Assembly: GCA_019232625.1 (NCBI GenBank)
Contig: JAFANP010000035.1
Coordinates: forward strand, 13,512-77,511
Reading direction: 5' to 3'
DNA from: Alphaproteobacteria bacterium
Lineage (GTDB): Bacteria > Pseudomonadota > Alphaproteobacteria > Sphingomonadales > Sphingomonadaceae
DNA: 64,000 bases
In this document: piece after piece, positions 8,851-16,874 of the stretch
Layout: each line of letters opens with the position of its first letter
Position numbering within the stretch: position 1 is the stretch's first letter
The notes under the pieces: generated by a model
What the model was told of the DNA's origin: nothing
The model's input: the letters and a program-made list of their open reading frames with translations, nothing else
Databases searched by the model: none
Translations under genes and position numbers: made by a program

Positions 8851-11375
8851 CGAAAATCGAGTCCGGCGAGCTTCTCTGCGAGGCGATCGACGACTCTGGA
8901 CGCTCCCGTCCGATCAAACAGATTTAGAGCAAGCCTGTATTCCGCCTTCGCCTTGTCGCGCTGTTCCGCGACCAGAAGAGTGTCGCCGAGCAGCTCGTGC
9001 GCGACCGCTAGCTCGTAGGGCTCGTCGAGACCATCAGGCCCCAAGGTCAACACGGCGGACCGGAAAAACTCCTCGGCTCCCTCCAGGTTGCCCTTGGCCA
9101 ATTCGAGTCGCCCCCGGCCGAGCGTGACGAGAACAATCCCCAGGCTCGGCACCTTTCTGGCGGCCTCATAAAATTTCATCGATTTCTCGAAAGCAGCATA
9201 CGCGGCGTCGAAATTCCCCTCGCGCACATCTATGTCGCCCAGTCCACGCCAACAATGCGCGAGGCCAAATTCATTGTCGCGAAATGCCGCAATCGCATTC
9301 TCGTATTCCTCTCGAGCCCCGGCCACTGATCCCTCCGCGAGGAGAAGATAAGCGTATCCACGATACAGGTTCCCGGCGAGTTCCCCCGATAGAGCATCCA
9401 GTATTTGCCTAATGCCGGCGAAGAGCTTTCGCCCCTCCTCGAAGAAAGCCAGTTTTCTGTAAGCATCGAAAAGGCCAACCCAGCATCGAAAAACTGTGTT
9501 CGGGTATCTACCCCGCGCACGGTCCATCACTCTCTCGTAAAGCGTCACGGACTCAGCGATACTTCCTTGCTTGTATTCTATGTGAGCATATGTTCTAAGT
9601 GTCTCGCACGTTAACTCGTCGTCCGTTGTATCGTCTTGGCTGACTGCAGGCAGGTAAGCCTTAGCCAGATCAATCTCTCCCCGCAACCAGTGGATATTTC
9701 CCACGTAATACCGGCACGAACGGGCATCCTCCGATCTCCCATTAGCCAAAAAGATCTCTTCCGCCTTCTTCAAATAATTTACTGCATCGCCTGGTGACGA
9801 GATAGGATTGTGAGCCCCACTCAGATTGTTGTGATATGCCCAATACAGCAAAAGTATACTACGCGCAGCAGCCACCGTTTCCGCTCGAGTTGATATCTCA
9901 AGCCTTCGGTCGAGGGATGCATGTATATTGTGGAATTCCTGTCGTATTAGTCGATTCTTATTCCTGGAATCGACGTCACGAAATTGCGGGGCGTTTTCGG
10001 CTACATAGCGGTCGAAGTAACTGTCGATGCGCCGGCGTGCTTCCTCGAAGTGCTTCCCAATCGTCCCTTTTAACGTGCTCCGCTGCCGGGCCTTGGCGTT
10101 TGCGAACAAGAACAATGGTCCTCTAAGGCGCGGCGGCCTGCGATCAGGTGCTCCAGGATCGTCGAGGAATGACCGCTGCCGAAGAAGCCTCACGGCGCCG
10201 TAGATCTCCGCCCGCTCTTCGGGCCAGACATTCTCAACGACCTGCTCCGACAATCCGTCGGGGAGCAGGCCAAGAGCGAGGAAAAGGGACTTGGCCGAGG
10301 CTGGTAGCGCTTCGAATGAAAGCTCGAAGGAGGCCCTGAGGCTTCGATCATCAAGAGAGGGCTCAGGACTAGCAGCAATATCCTCCCACGTGCTGCGCCA
10401 CATCTGCCGCAGGGTCGGCAGAGCCAGCCCAGCATCCCAGCCGTAACGTGCAACGATCTTTATCGAAAGCGGGTGAGCGTCGAGCTCTGATACGAAATCT
10501 AGGAGCGAGGTCTCAGGATCATTCCTGTAAAAACCTTCCGAGTGCTCGTGAAACAAGGCCACGCCGTCTTCAGCCATTAGCGGCGTCACCTCTCTCGTCA
10601 CCAGCTGATGCTTTTCGATGTTCGCTTGGCAGGTGATGATAAGCCGGCCGTTCGGCGTCAGTGAGGCGATCAGGGAGTCAAGCGTCTGCCTCAGGGTATC
10701 CTTCGAGGTGCTGTCGCGCAGTAGATCAAAGCCATCCAAGATCAGGAGGATGGCACGTCCCCGTAATGGCTCGTAGCTGCTCGGCAAATCCGGTTGGCCC
10801 AATGCGACGGCAATGCGCCTTGGCAGGTTCTCGATTTGCCGCTCGCTCTCAAGATCGACTTCCACAACTCCGAAATGGTCTGCAGCGGCAGCCCCAATGT
10901 ATCTCGCCAGGGTTGTCTTGCCTTGCCCCGGCGCCCCGTAGAGCACGATACCAATGTGAGCGTTGAGGTCGTTCAGGCACTGATCCCGCTCCGCGTCACG
11001 TCCAACGAGGCAATCAGGCAGGCTAGGGGAGGCTCTTAGGAGCGCGCCGCCCTCCGCCGTGAGGGCATCGGCACCATCCTCGGCTGATCGGCGAGCCTCG
11101 TCTCGCAGGTCGGCCGCCTCCAGACCCAATGCGCGAGCACAGCTGGCGAACCCGTTCCAAGAAACTTGGTCGCATTTCTGCTGCTCGATCCGCTGCACCT
11201 GCTTCAGGCCGACGCCCGCTTCTGCGGCGAGGGCATCTTGGGTCCAGCCGAGGGCGCCGCGCTTTCCGCGGTGAAGATGAGCAATAGCCGCTCGGAAGTC
11301 TGGATCCTTGGATAAGGCGACCCACTCGGTCTCCCCTTCGGTGTCCTTCATGCTGCCCCCAAGCAATGCGTTCAC
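8847..11375 (-). CDS. XRE-HTH / STAND (NB-ARC-like) P-loop NTPase / TPR-repeat protein
   Basis: N-terminal HTH (LGWTQDALAAEAGVGLKQVQRIEQ), Walker A GAPGQGKTT, Walker B ILLILDGFD, C-terminal half with many TPR-like repeats. Alternative start ATG at 11351 (MKDTEGE). Confidence 0.75.
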   Translation of the reverse strand: MNALLGGSMKDTEGETEWVALSKDPDFRAAIAHLHRGKRGALGWTQDALAAEAGVGLKQVQRIEQQKCDQVSWNGFASCARALGLEAADLRDEARRSAEDGADALTAEGGALLRASPSLPDCLVGRDAERDQCLNDLNAHIGIVLYGAPGQGKTTLARYIGAAAADHFGVVEVDLESERQIENLPRRIAVALGQPDLPSSYEPLRGRAILLILDGFDLLRDSTSKDTLRQTLDSLIASLTPNGRLIITCQANIEKHQLVTREVTPLMAEDGVALFHEHSEGFYRNDPETSLLDFVSELDAHPLSIKIVARYGWDAGLALPTLRQMWRSTWEDIAASPEPSLDDRSLRASFELSFEALPASAKSLFLALGLLPDGLSEQVVENVWPEERAEIYGAVRLLRQRSFLDDPGAPDRRPPRLRGPLFLFANAKARQRSTLKGTIGKHFEEARRRIDSYFDRYVAENAPQFRDVDSRNKNRLIRQEFHNIHASLDRRLEISTRAETVAAARSILLLYWAYHNNLSGAHNPISSPGDAVNYLKKAEEIFLANGRSEDARSCRYYVGNIHWLRGEIDLAKAYLPAVSQDDTTDDELTCETLRTYAHIEYKQGSIAESVTLYERVMDRARGRYPNTVFRCWVGLFDAYRKLAFFEEGRKLFAGIRQILDALSGELAGNLYRGYAYLLLAEGSVAGAREEYENAIAAFRDNEFGLAHCWRGLGDIDVREGNFDAAYAAFEKSMKFYEAARKVPSLGIVLVTLGRGRLELAKGNLEGAEEFFRSAVLTLGPDGLDEPYELAVAHELLGDTLLVAEQRDKAKAEYRLALNLFDRTGASRVVDRLAEKLAGLDFR

Positions 11376-11396
11376 ATGTCCAATACAAGGATGTGC

Positions 11397-11433
11397 GTGG
11401 ACAGTCCACCGGACTCGGTCGTGGACTGTCCAA
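11397..11433. promoter_or_regulatory. Two palindromes, GTGGACAGTCCAC (11397-11409) and GTGGACTGTCCAA (11421-11433); candidate operator of the HTH-STAND gene
   Basis: Read directly. Centres are 24 bp apart, 20-60 nt upstream of the STAND start. A further TGTCCAA half-site lies at about 11378-11384. Confidence 0.4.
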
Positions 11434-11519
11434 CTCGCAACTCGAACTTAGCGCAATCAGACTTCTTATGGACATTGTCTACTAGACGACCACGACAACG
11501 CTTGAAAATCACAAGAAAT

Positions 11520-11544
11520 ATACCTCCTCCAAAAAAGGAGGTAT
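11520..11544 (+). promoter_or_regulatory. 8-bp stem hairpin (ATACCTCC / GGAGGTAT, 9-nt loop) that sequesters the Shine-Dalgarno sequence of the small ORF
   Basis: Read directly. GGAGG at 11537-11541 is the right arm of the stem. The ATG follows at 11548. Confidence 0.35.
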
Positions 11545-11547
11545 GAA

Positions 11548-11712
11548 ATGATTGTTGATCGTCTTCTGATAAGCGTTTCTTCCATTGAGCTGACCTATGC
11601 CGCGCTTATTTTCGGCATCGACCACTATACAGTGTTTCAGTTCGCTACGCTCGCCTTGCTTGTGTTCAAAACCACCTTGGTGGCTGCTGAATACCTCAAA
11701 AAGGCTGAATAG
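11548..11712 (+). CDS. Hypothetical 54-aa hydrophobic peptide (below the ORF-track cutoff)
   Basis: Own translation: MIVDRLLISVSSIELTYAALIFGIDHYTVFQFATLALLVFKTTLVAAEYLKKAE. Strong AAGGAGGT lies 6 nt upstream. Confidence 0.4.
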   Translation: MIVDRLLISVSSIELTYAALIFGIDHYTVFQFATLALLVFKTTLVAAEYLKKAE

Positions 11713-11856
11713 GAAGTCGGCCGATCGGATGAGACCCGAAGGCTTGATAGCCGACGAAGACCATCCGATCGTCGGCTTACGCCGGGGAGAAGTTATGTCT
11801 ACGTGGGCGCGCGTGGATGCAAGACTCGACCTTGCTTTCGAGGCTATGAGGCCGCC

Positions 11857-13428
11857 ATGGACGACTCCGGCTCTCCACGGTTCGACCTAGCAAAGGCGCT
11901 GCAGCCGCTGACGATGGAGCTCCCTGTCCTCGGCCCGGTCGCGCTCGATCTCCGCACTACCGACTTCCTCACCTGGCTGGACGAAGGACGCCGCATGGAC
12001 CGCTGGTCCAATCCGCAGACCTTCGTGCAGGACCTGCTGGCGCAACGCAGCGTCACGTCCCAGGAGGCGCCGCCGCCCGCACCCGATATGCTCGCCGCGC
12101 TCGACGCCTCTACGCTTGACGGAATTGCTGGCCTGATCGCCGAAAGATCAGCGTCATCCTTCGTGCCGCGCCAGGTGATTGACAAGGAATCCGGACAGGC
12201 GCGGCCTCGCCGCAAGAGCGATGGCGATCCCAACCAACCTCTACCCAAAGAGAGCCATTCCGCGCGACTCAAGCGGATCATGTTCGCCTATCTCGACTAT
12301 CACCGCGCTCAGACGCGACGGCTGCTCGAGACGGCCGCCAAAACGACCGCGGCGACCGACTTTCTGCGGAAATCAGACTCGCTCTCGACGATATTGCGCG
12401 CGCAGAGCCTGGCCAGCAGCGTGTTCGCGAACGATCCGGCACGTCGTGCCATCCTCGACCTGGAGCGGTCATCGGCCTTCAGGACCATTCAGGCGTTGAG
12501 CACCTCTGCGGTGTTCGAGCAGCACCGGCGCCTCGCCGTCGAGCTCGCAACCCTGAGTTCTCCGCTGGCCCGTCTTCAGGAGACGGCGCGGGGAATCGCG
12601 GGCATGCAGGCAGCGCATGGATGGGCGCAACGCGACCGACTGTTCAGCAACGTGTCACGCTGGGCCCATGCCGCAGACGTTCAGCTTCGCCTTGGCCTTT
12701 CCGCGGGCGTGGTTGCAGCGTTGGCGGCGCAACCGTCCGCCAGCCAGGTCGCGGCCGCTTCGGTTGCAGCGCAGGCCGCCGCCATCCTGAGGCCCGGATT
12801 CGAGACGGCCGCAACGCTTGCGCTGGAGGGGCTCGCCCCCAGCGGGGCCGTCGCCGAATTGCTCCGGCGCTACGAGAGCGAGAAGCGGGACGCGCCAGTC
12901 TTCGAATCGGTCCGGGAAACCCTGGTCAGCCTCGACGATGAGGAAACGACCGGCACCGCGTTCATGGAACTGTTCGAGCAGGCGTGGGCGGCCATCGTGA
13001 GGCTAGTCGGAGACAGGCCCGAGCTGCTGCGCAACCAAGCCTTTCTCGGCTGGCTTTCGGTCCTGATCAGTCTCGCCGGCGCAACGTTCACCGCCTACCA
13101 AGTTTGGGGGCCGCCGCCGGCGGCAATCGTCTCGCGGCTGGACGCCGGCAACGACGAGCTTCGCGAAATCAACAGAAAGCTCGACGCCGAACGTCGGAGC
13201 GCGGAGGCGCAGCGGTTTATCCGGTTCGTCCACCAAGTCGTGAACCTTCGGGCCGAGCCGCACCGGCAAGGGCAGATGATTCGGTTGGTTTATCCTGACC
13301 AGCCGGTGCGGATCATCGAATTAATGGGCGAATGGGTCTATGTAGAGGTTTTCGACTACGGCTCAGACGGGCCCGTCAGGGGCTGGATGAGCCGCCGGTA
13401 TCTTCGGCCCGCGCCACTGGGGAACTGA
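11857..13428 (+). CDS. Hypothetical protein with one predicted TM segment and a C-terminal bacterial SH3-like domain
   Basis: TM: FLGWLSVLISLAGATFTAYQVW. C-terminus RLVYPDQPVRIIELMGEWVYVEVFDYGSDGPVRGWMSRRYLRP resembles SH3b. Start chosen at ATG (MDDSGS) after GAGG. The ORF-track start is GTG at 11803. Confidence 0.55.
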   Translation: MDDSGSPRFDLAKALQPLTMELPVLGPVALDLRTTDFLTWLDEGRRMDRWSNPQTFVQDLLAQRSVTSQEAPPPAPDMLAALDASTLDGIAGLIAERSASSFVPRQVIDKESGQARPRRKSDGDPNQPLPKESHSARLKRIMFAYLDYHRAQTRRLLETAAKTTAATDFLRKSDSLSTILRAQSLASSVFANDPARRAILDLERSSAFRTIQALSTSAVFEQHRRLAVELATLSSPLARLQETARGIAGMQAAHGWAQRDRLFSNVSRWAHAADVQLRLGLSAGVVAALAAQPSASQVAAASVAAQAAAILRPGFETAATLALEGLAPSGAVAELLRRYESEKRDAPVFESVRETLVSLDDEETTGTAFMELFEQAWAAIVRLVGDRPELLRNQAFLGWLSVLISLAGATFTAYQVWGPPPAAIVSRLDAGNDELREINRKLDAERRSAEAQRFIRFVHQVVNLRAEPHRQGQMIRLVYPDQPVRIIELMGEWVYVEVFDYGSDGPVRGWMSRRYLRPAPLGN

Positions 13429-13526
13429 CGAGGAAGATGGGGTCAACAGGCCGGCGCCGCGTCCGCGCGCGATGAAGGGAACCGGACTTCCGTTGTTTTC
13501 ACAAGCCACGGGGCCTTTAGCCGAAG

Positions 13527-13553
13527 CTTGGACATAGCACCCGCATCCGGTCG
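13527..13553. repeat. 27-nt imperfect direct repeat, copy A (CTTGGACATAGCACCCGCATCCGGTCG)
   Basis: 23/27 identical to 16687-16713 in the same orientation. Overlaps the hairpin CACCCG/CGGGTG (13538-13557). Confidence 0.6.
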
Positions 13554-13608
13554 GGTGCCACAATGCGCGGGCAAGGCTCCGGCGGCAAGCCTGCGGATCG
13601 AGCTTACT

Positions 13609-15372
13609 TCAGTCGCGGCCGAGCTGCCCGCGAAGATGCGCATGGAGCTGCGCCAAGCGGTTGTCCTCCTCCGAAGCGGATTGCGCCTCCCGGGCGGCGG
13701 CAAGCTCGATGCTTATATCCTCGCTGTCCCGGTGCTTTCGAAACAGCGCGAATTGATCCTCATTGAAGTGCGGAAACCTGACGTTCTCGCCATCGACCAG
13801 GAGGTGTCCAGGAGCCTTCGCAGCGGCCTGTATCCATCCGGCGACCCGCGCGATCTCCAGACGCCCCTCGTGGATATCTTTCAACCTGCGGTCCGTCTCC
13901 GCCGCCAAAACCCTCGACGAGAGAAAGGGCGCCCACTCCCTCGGCGGATTCTCTAGTCTGGGCCTGTTCGAAGCAGGATCGATTAGGATGTGATAGCCGT
14001 ATTCCTCGATCTCGCCGAACATCGCTTCATAGGCTTTGCGATCAAGAGTTGCCTCTGACGGGGACTTCGGCGGCACGGGCCCGGGTTTGGCTATCGGCGC
14101 ATGAGGGGCTTCTTCGACTGGCCGCTTTGGCGCGTCTGCCGGAGTGGGCGGACTCGCTTTTCCGCTCGTAGTAACCCTCACCGTCGTAGCCGCCTCCGGA
14201 ACGGGTGGAACGTATGCAACAGGGGTCGACACTGCGTCGCGAGCCAGGCTGAACTCTGGCTTCGGCGGGGGCGTTTGAGACACTGGTGCCGCGGCAGATG
14301 AGGCGACGGGAGAACCCACAACCGGCACAGGCCGCCTTGCCGCCTCGGTGGCCTTCTCTAGGATCGTCCCGGTTTCGACCGGGATCGTCGGCGAAACCGC
14401 GGGCTCCGGCGGGCGCTCGGCTGCTTTACTCAGGAATTCCAGGCGCGCTCTTGCGGCGTCAACGATCCGGGGGTCGAATGGCCGTGGCTGCAGAAGCGGC
14501 TGTATCTCCGGAGAGACGCTTTCTTTCAGGACGAAGGCAAATTGTGGATGCAGCTTAACGGACGACGAGCGACCAAGCGCTTCGACGACCACATCAATTT
14601 CCTTCTCCTGTTCCGCGAACATCTCAGCGAGCCGCACCTGCACATGCGCCTCCCACGCAGGGTTTCGCAGATGCTCGTCGGCCTTTGGAATGCTCGCTAC
14701 CGAGGACGGGGCGAGCTGATATCTCTCGCCAATTCTGAAAACCAACCATTTTGCCGCCCTCGCCTCCCGCAGCACTGCCTCCAGATCGGGTGGGGGCCCG
14801 CTAGTCTCGGCGTCGGACGGCGGTGTGGCTGCGACCGGGATTGAGGCGGACATCGTGGGCGGCTGAGGGGGCGGCCGATAGGCCGGAGGGGAGGCCGGCC
14901 GCGCTGGAGCTGGCGCAGCTTTCGCGATCGTTGGCGGTTCGGGCGTTGGCCCGACCTGAGCGCTGGCCGGGGCCGCCGCAGGCACGGACGGCAACATTCT
15001 CGCTCCACCGCCAACTGTGCCCACATCCTTCTCGCCCGCAGGGAGAAGCGACTTAAGCTTCGTCTCGGCTGCCTCGGCCCGCGCCTTCTTCTGCGCCGCC
15101 TCAGCCGCCGCAGCGGCCGCTGACGCCTCCCTCTCCAGCTTCGCCGCGGCGGCGGCGGCCAGCGCCGTTGCCCGATCTTCCTTCGAGAGGCGCCGTCGCA
15201 TCGCCTCATAAACGCGCCTCGCCGCAGGCTCCTCACCCGCGCGCTCGGTGAGCCATTCCGCCCACGTGAGCTTCCGGCGTGGAAACACGCTGAGCGTGGA
15301 CAGGCGCTCGAGATAGTCCTGCTCGATCACGTTTTCCAAGTGGCGGCGAAGGACTCTGCAGGCCTGCCTCAC
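13609..15372 (-). CDS. Hypothetical Ala/Pro-rich protein (587 aa from GTG); reading frame stays open upstream to 15657
   Basis: Long ORF with protein-like N- and C-terminal regions. The 95 in-frame codons upstream of the GTG are also protein-like but contain no start codon (see findings). Confidence 0.5.
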   Translation of the reverse strand: MRQACRVLRRHLENVIEQDYLERLSTLSVFPRRKLTWAEWLTERAGEEPAARRVYEAMRRRLSKEDRATALAAAAAAKLEREASAAAAAAEAAQKKARAEAAETKLKSLLPAGEKDVGTVGGGARMLPSVPAAAPASAQVGPTPEPPTIAKAAPAPARPASPPAYRPPPQPPTMSASIPVAATPPSDAETSGPPPDLEAVLREARAAKWLVFRIGERYQLAPSSVASIPKADEHLRNPAWEAHVQVRLAEMFAEQEKEIDVVVEALGRSSSVKLHPQFAFVLKESVSPEIQPLLQPRPFDPRIVDAARARLEFLSKAAERPPEPAVSPTIPVETGTILEKATEAARRPVPVVGSPVASSAAAPVSQTPPPKPEFSLARDAVSTPVAYVPPVPEAATTVRVTTSGKASPPTPADAPKRPVEEAPHAPIAKPGPVPPKSPSEATLDRKAYEAMFGEIEEYGYHILIDPASNRPRLENPPREWAPFLSSRVLAAETDRRLKDIHEGRLEIARVAGWIQAAAKAPGHLLVDGENVRFPHFNEDQFALFRKHRDSEDISIELAAAREAQSASEEDNRLAQLHAHLRGQLGRD

Positions 15373-15563
15373 CTTGGTTTTATCGAGGCCGTGGTCGAGG
15401 AGGGCCTTGCGCCTACGTTTGACAGCCGTGCGAATCAGCCGGCGCCGCCGACGAGTGTCCGCGTTCAGCTCTCGCCGCTCGGCGCGCCGGCGACGATGTT
15501 CTTGTTCGTAAGCCGAATAGCGGGCCTTCAGCCGGAGCCGTTCCTCGCGATCGACATTGCCCG

Positions 15564-15869
15564 TTACGATCGGTTCGGCGGGGTGTGCTTCAACCCGTCC
15601 GAGTTCCGCCCGCCGTCCGAACCATTCGGCGAACGGCTCTTCGCTGCGCGGCCATGTTCATCGAGCTCGAATTCGAGCTCGACGTCGGTCGCGGCGGCGC
15701 GAGCGCTGACGGGCTGGCCGCGGCTCTGATCGACCGCGTCGGCGACCATGGAGGCGTAAGCCGCGGCTTGATACAGCCGTGCTTCGTCCAGCTCGGCCGC
15801 AAGTCTCAAGGCCGCGTCGCGCAGGCGGTCTGCCACGGCGCCGTCGACAGGCTGATGGGGTTCCGACAC
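15564..15869 (-). CDS. Hypothetical protein, possibly the severed N-terminal part of the 13609-15372 gene
   Basis: ORF-track frame 15564-15947. GTG at 15869 lies 15 nt after the upstream lipoprotein stop. This frame overlaps the open upstream extension of the next gene between 15567 and 15657. Confidence 0.3.
   Translation of the reverse strand: MSEPHQPVDGAVADRLRDAALRLAAELDEARLYQAAAYASMVADAVDQSRGQPVSARAAATDVELEFELDEHGRAAKSRSPNGSDGGRNSDGLKHTPPNRS
15661..15682. repeat. 22-bp perfect palindrome TCGAGCTCGAATTCGAGCTCGA inside coding sequence
   Basis: Read directly. It is its own reverse complement and lies next to the frame discontinuity at 15567-15657. Confidence 0.9.
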
Positions 15870-15883
15870 GGGGGACCAGCCGA

Positions 15884-16543
15884 CTAGAAGGACGAGGGGG
15901 CGGGGCCGAGCCGCTTCCGCATGGCTGCGTTGAAGTCGGCGGTCCATTGCCTCATCTGCCGGAGGCCCGGGTAAAGCGAGATCTGGAGCTCGCTGCCAGG
16001 GCTATACTGGATGTAGCTCTCCTGCGGGTTGCTCTTCCGGCAATCCGGCTCGGCCGTCGCGCAGATTCGGTTCATCGCCGGATTGAGCTGTGCCCCGCGG
16101 CCATAGCGCGCGGTGACCTCCGCTACGAGTGCGGCCGCAGGACGGCCGTTTGCTGGGGCCTTGTAGGTGACCGACTCCAAGATGCCGCCGTCAGCGGAGA
16201 CTTTGATGTCGGCATAGATATACTCTGCGCCCTTGCGGGCGTGCAGCCGCCGTGGCCCATTCGCCTTCGGGCTCGGGAACCGTCCTGCGGCTCTCGCGCG
16301 AGACGCCTCGACCCAGTCATCGAACGACCATTCTCCCGTGTCGAGCGACGTGATGAACCCCTTCTGGCGCAGAGTCGCCGTCGCCGCCGCCAAACTGTCG
16401 CCAAGGGAGACGCCCGAGATGTCGAAGCGCTTTGGCGCGGCCGCGCTCTGCGGCGGCGGCTGCTTTGGCGCTGCCGCATCGCTTGCCTGGCCGCATCCGG
16501 CCAGGATCAACATACCGATCGTCAGATGGTGCCCTACCGGCAT
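15884..16543 (-). CDS. Hypothetical lipoprotein
   Basis: Internal ATG (CAT 16541-16543) preceded by GGAGG. MPVGHHLTIGMLILAGCGQ carries the lipobox LAGC. Confidence 0.65.
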   Translation of the reverse strand: MPVGHHLTIGMLILAGCGQASDAAAPKQPPPQSAAAPKRFDISGVSLGDSLAAATATLRQKGFITSLDTGEWSFDDWVEASRARAAGRFPSPKANGPRRLHARKGAEYIYADIKVSADGGILESVTYKAPANGRPAAALVAEVTARYGRGAQLNPAMNRICATAEPDCRKSNPQESYIQYSPGSELQISLYPGLRQMRQWTADFNAAMRKRLGPAPSSF

Positions 16544-16686
16544 CGCGTCGCCTCCACGGTTGGAGGCGGCCTTCCCCTCAGCCACCGCCTCCGGTTTCGA
16601 GGCGACGCCGGCGGAGAACCGGACGCTTGATATCCCTGCGAGTGCTGGGCGCGATGGTTTTGGTCGGACGGCGGTGAGCCGCACGA

Positions 16687-16713
16687 CTTGGACATGACAC
16701 CGCCATCCGGTCG
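16687..16713. repeat. 27-nt imperfect direct repeat, copy B (CTTGGACATGACACCGCCATCCGGTCG)
   Basis: See copy A. Lies between the MNT-HEPN stop and the lipoprotein gene start. Confidence 0.6.
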
Positions 16714-16874
16714 ACCAGAGGTCGAACGCCGGCTACCGGCGCGAAACCGGCTCCACTCGCGAGGATATCAGGCCTCGGCCCACCTGGACAGCGGGCGAAC
16801 GGAGTTAATCACGCAAAATCACGTAGTGCAAGTGGCTGATTAGATGCTTTCGTTGGAATACTGATGCCGCCCGC

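Noticed and set aside
13363-13703. Short minus-strand ORFs starting MSK... at both copies of the 27-nt repeat; considered as homologous small genes
   Set aside because: The translations diverge immediately after the first three residues, so the conservation is at the nucleotide-motif level, not the protein level.
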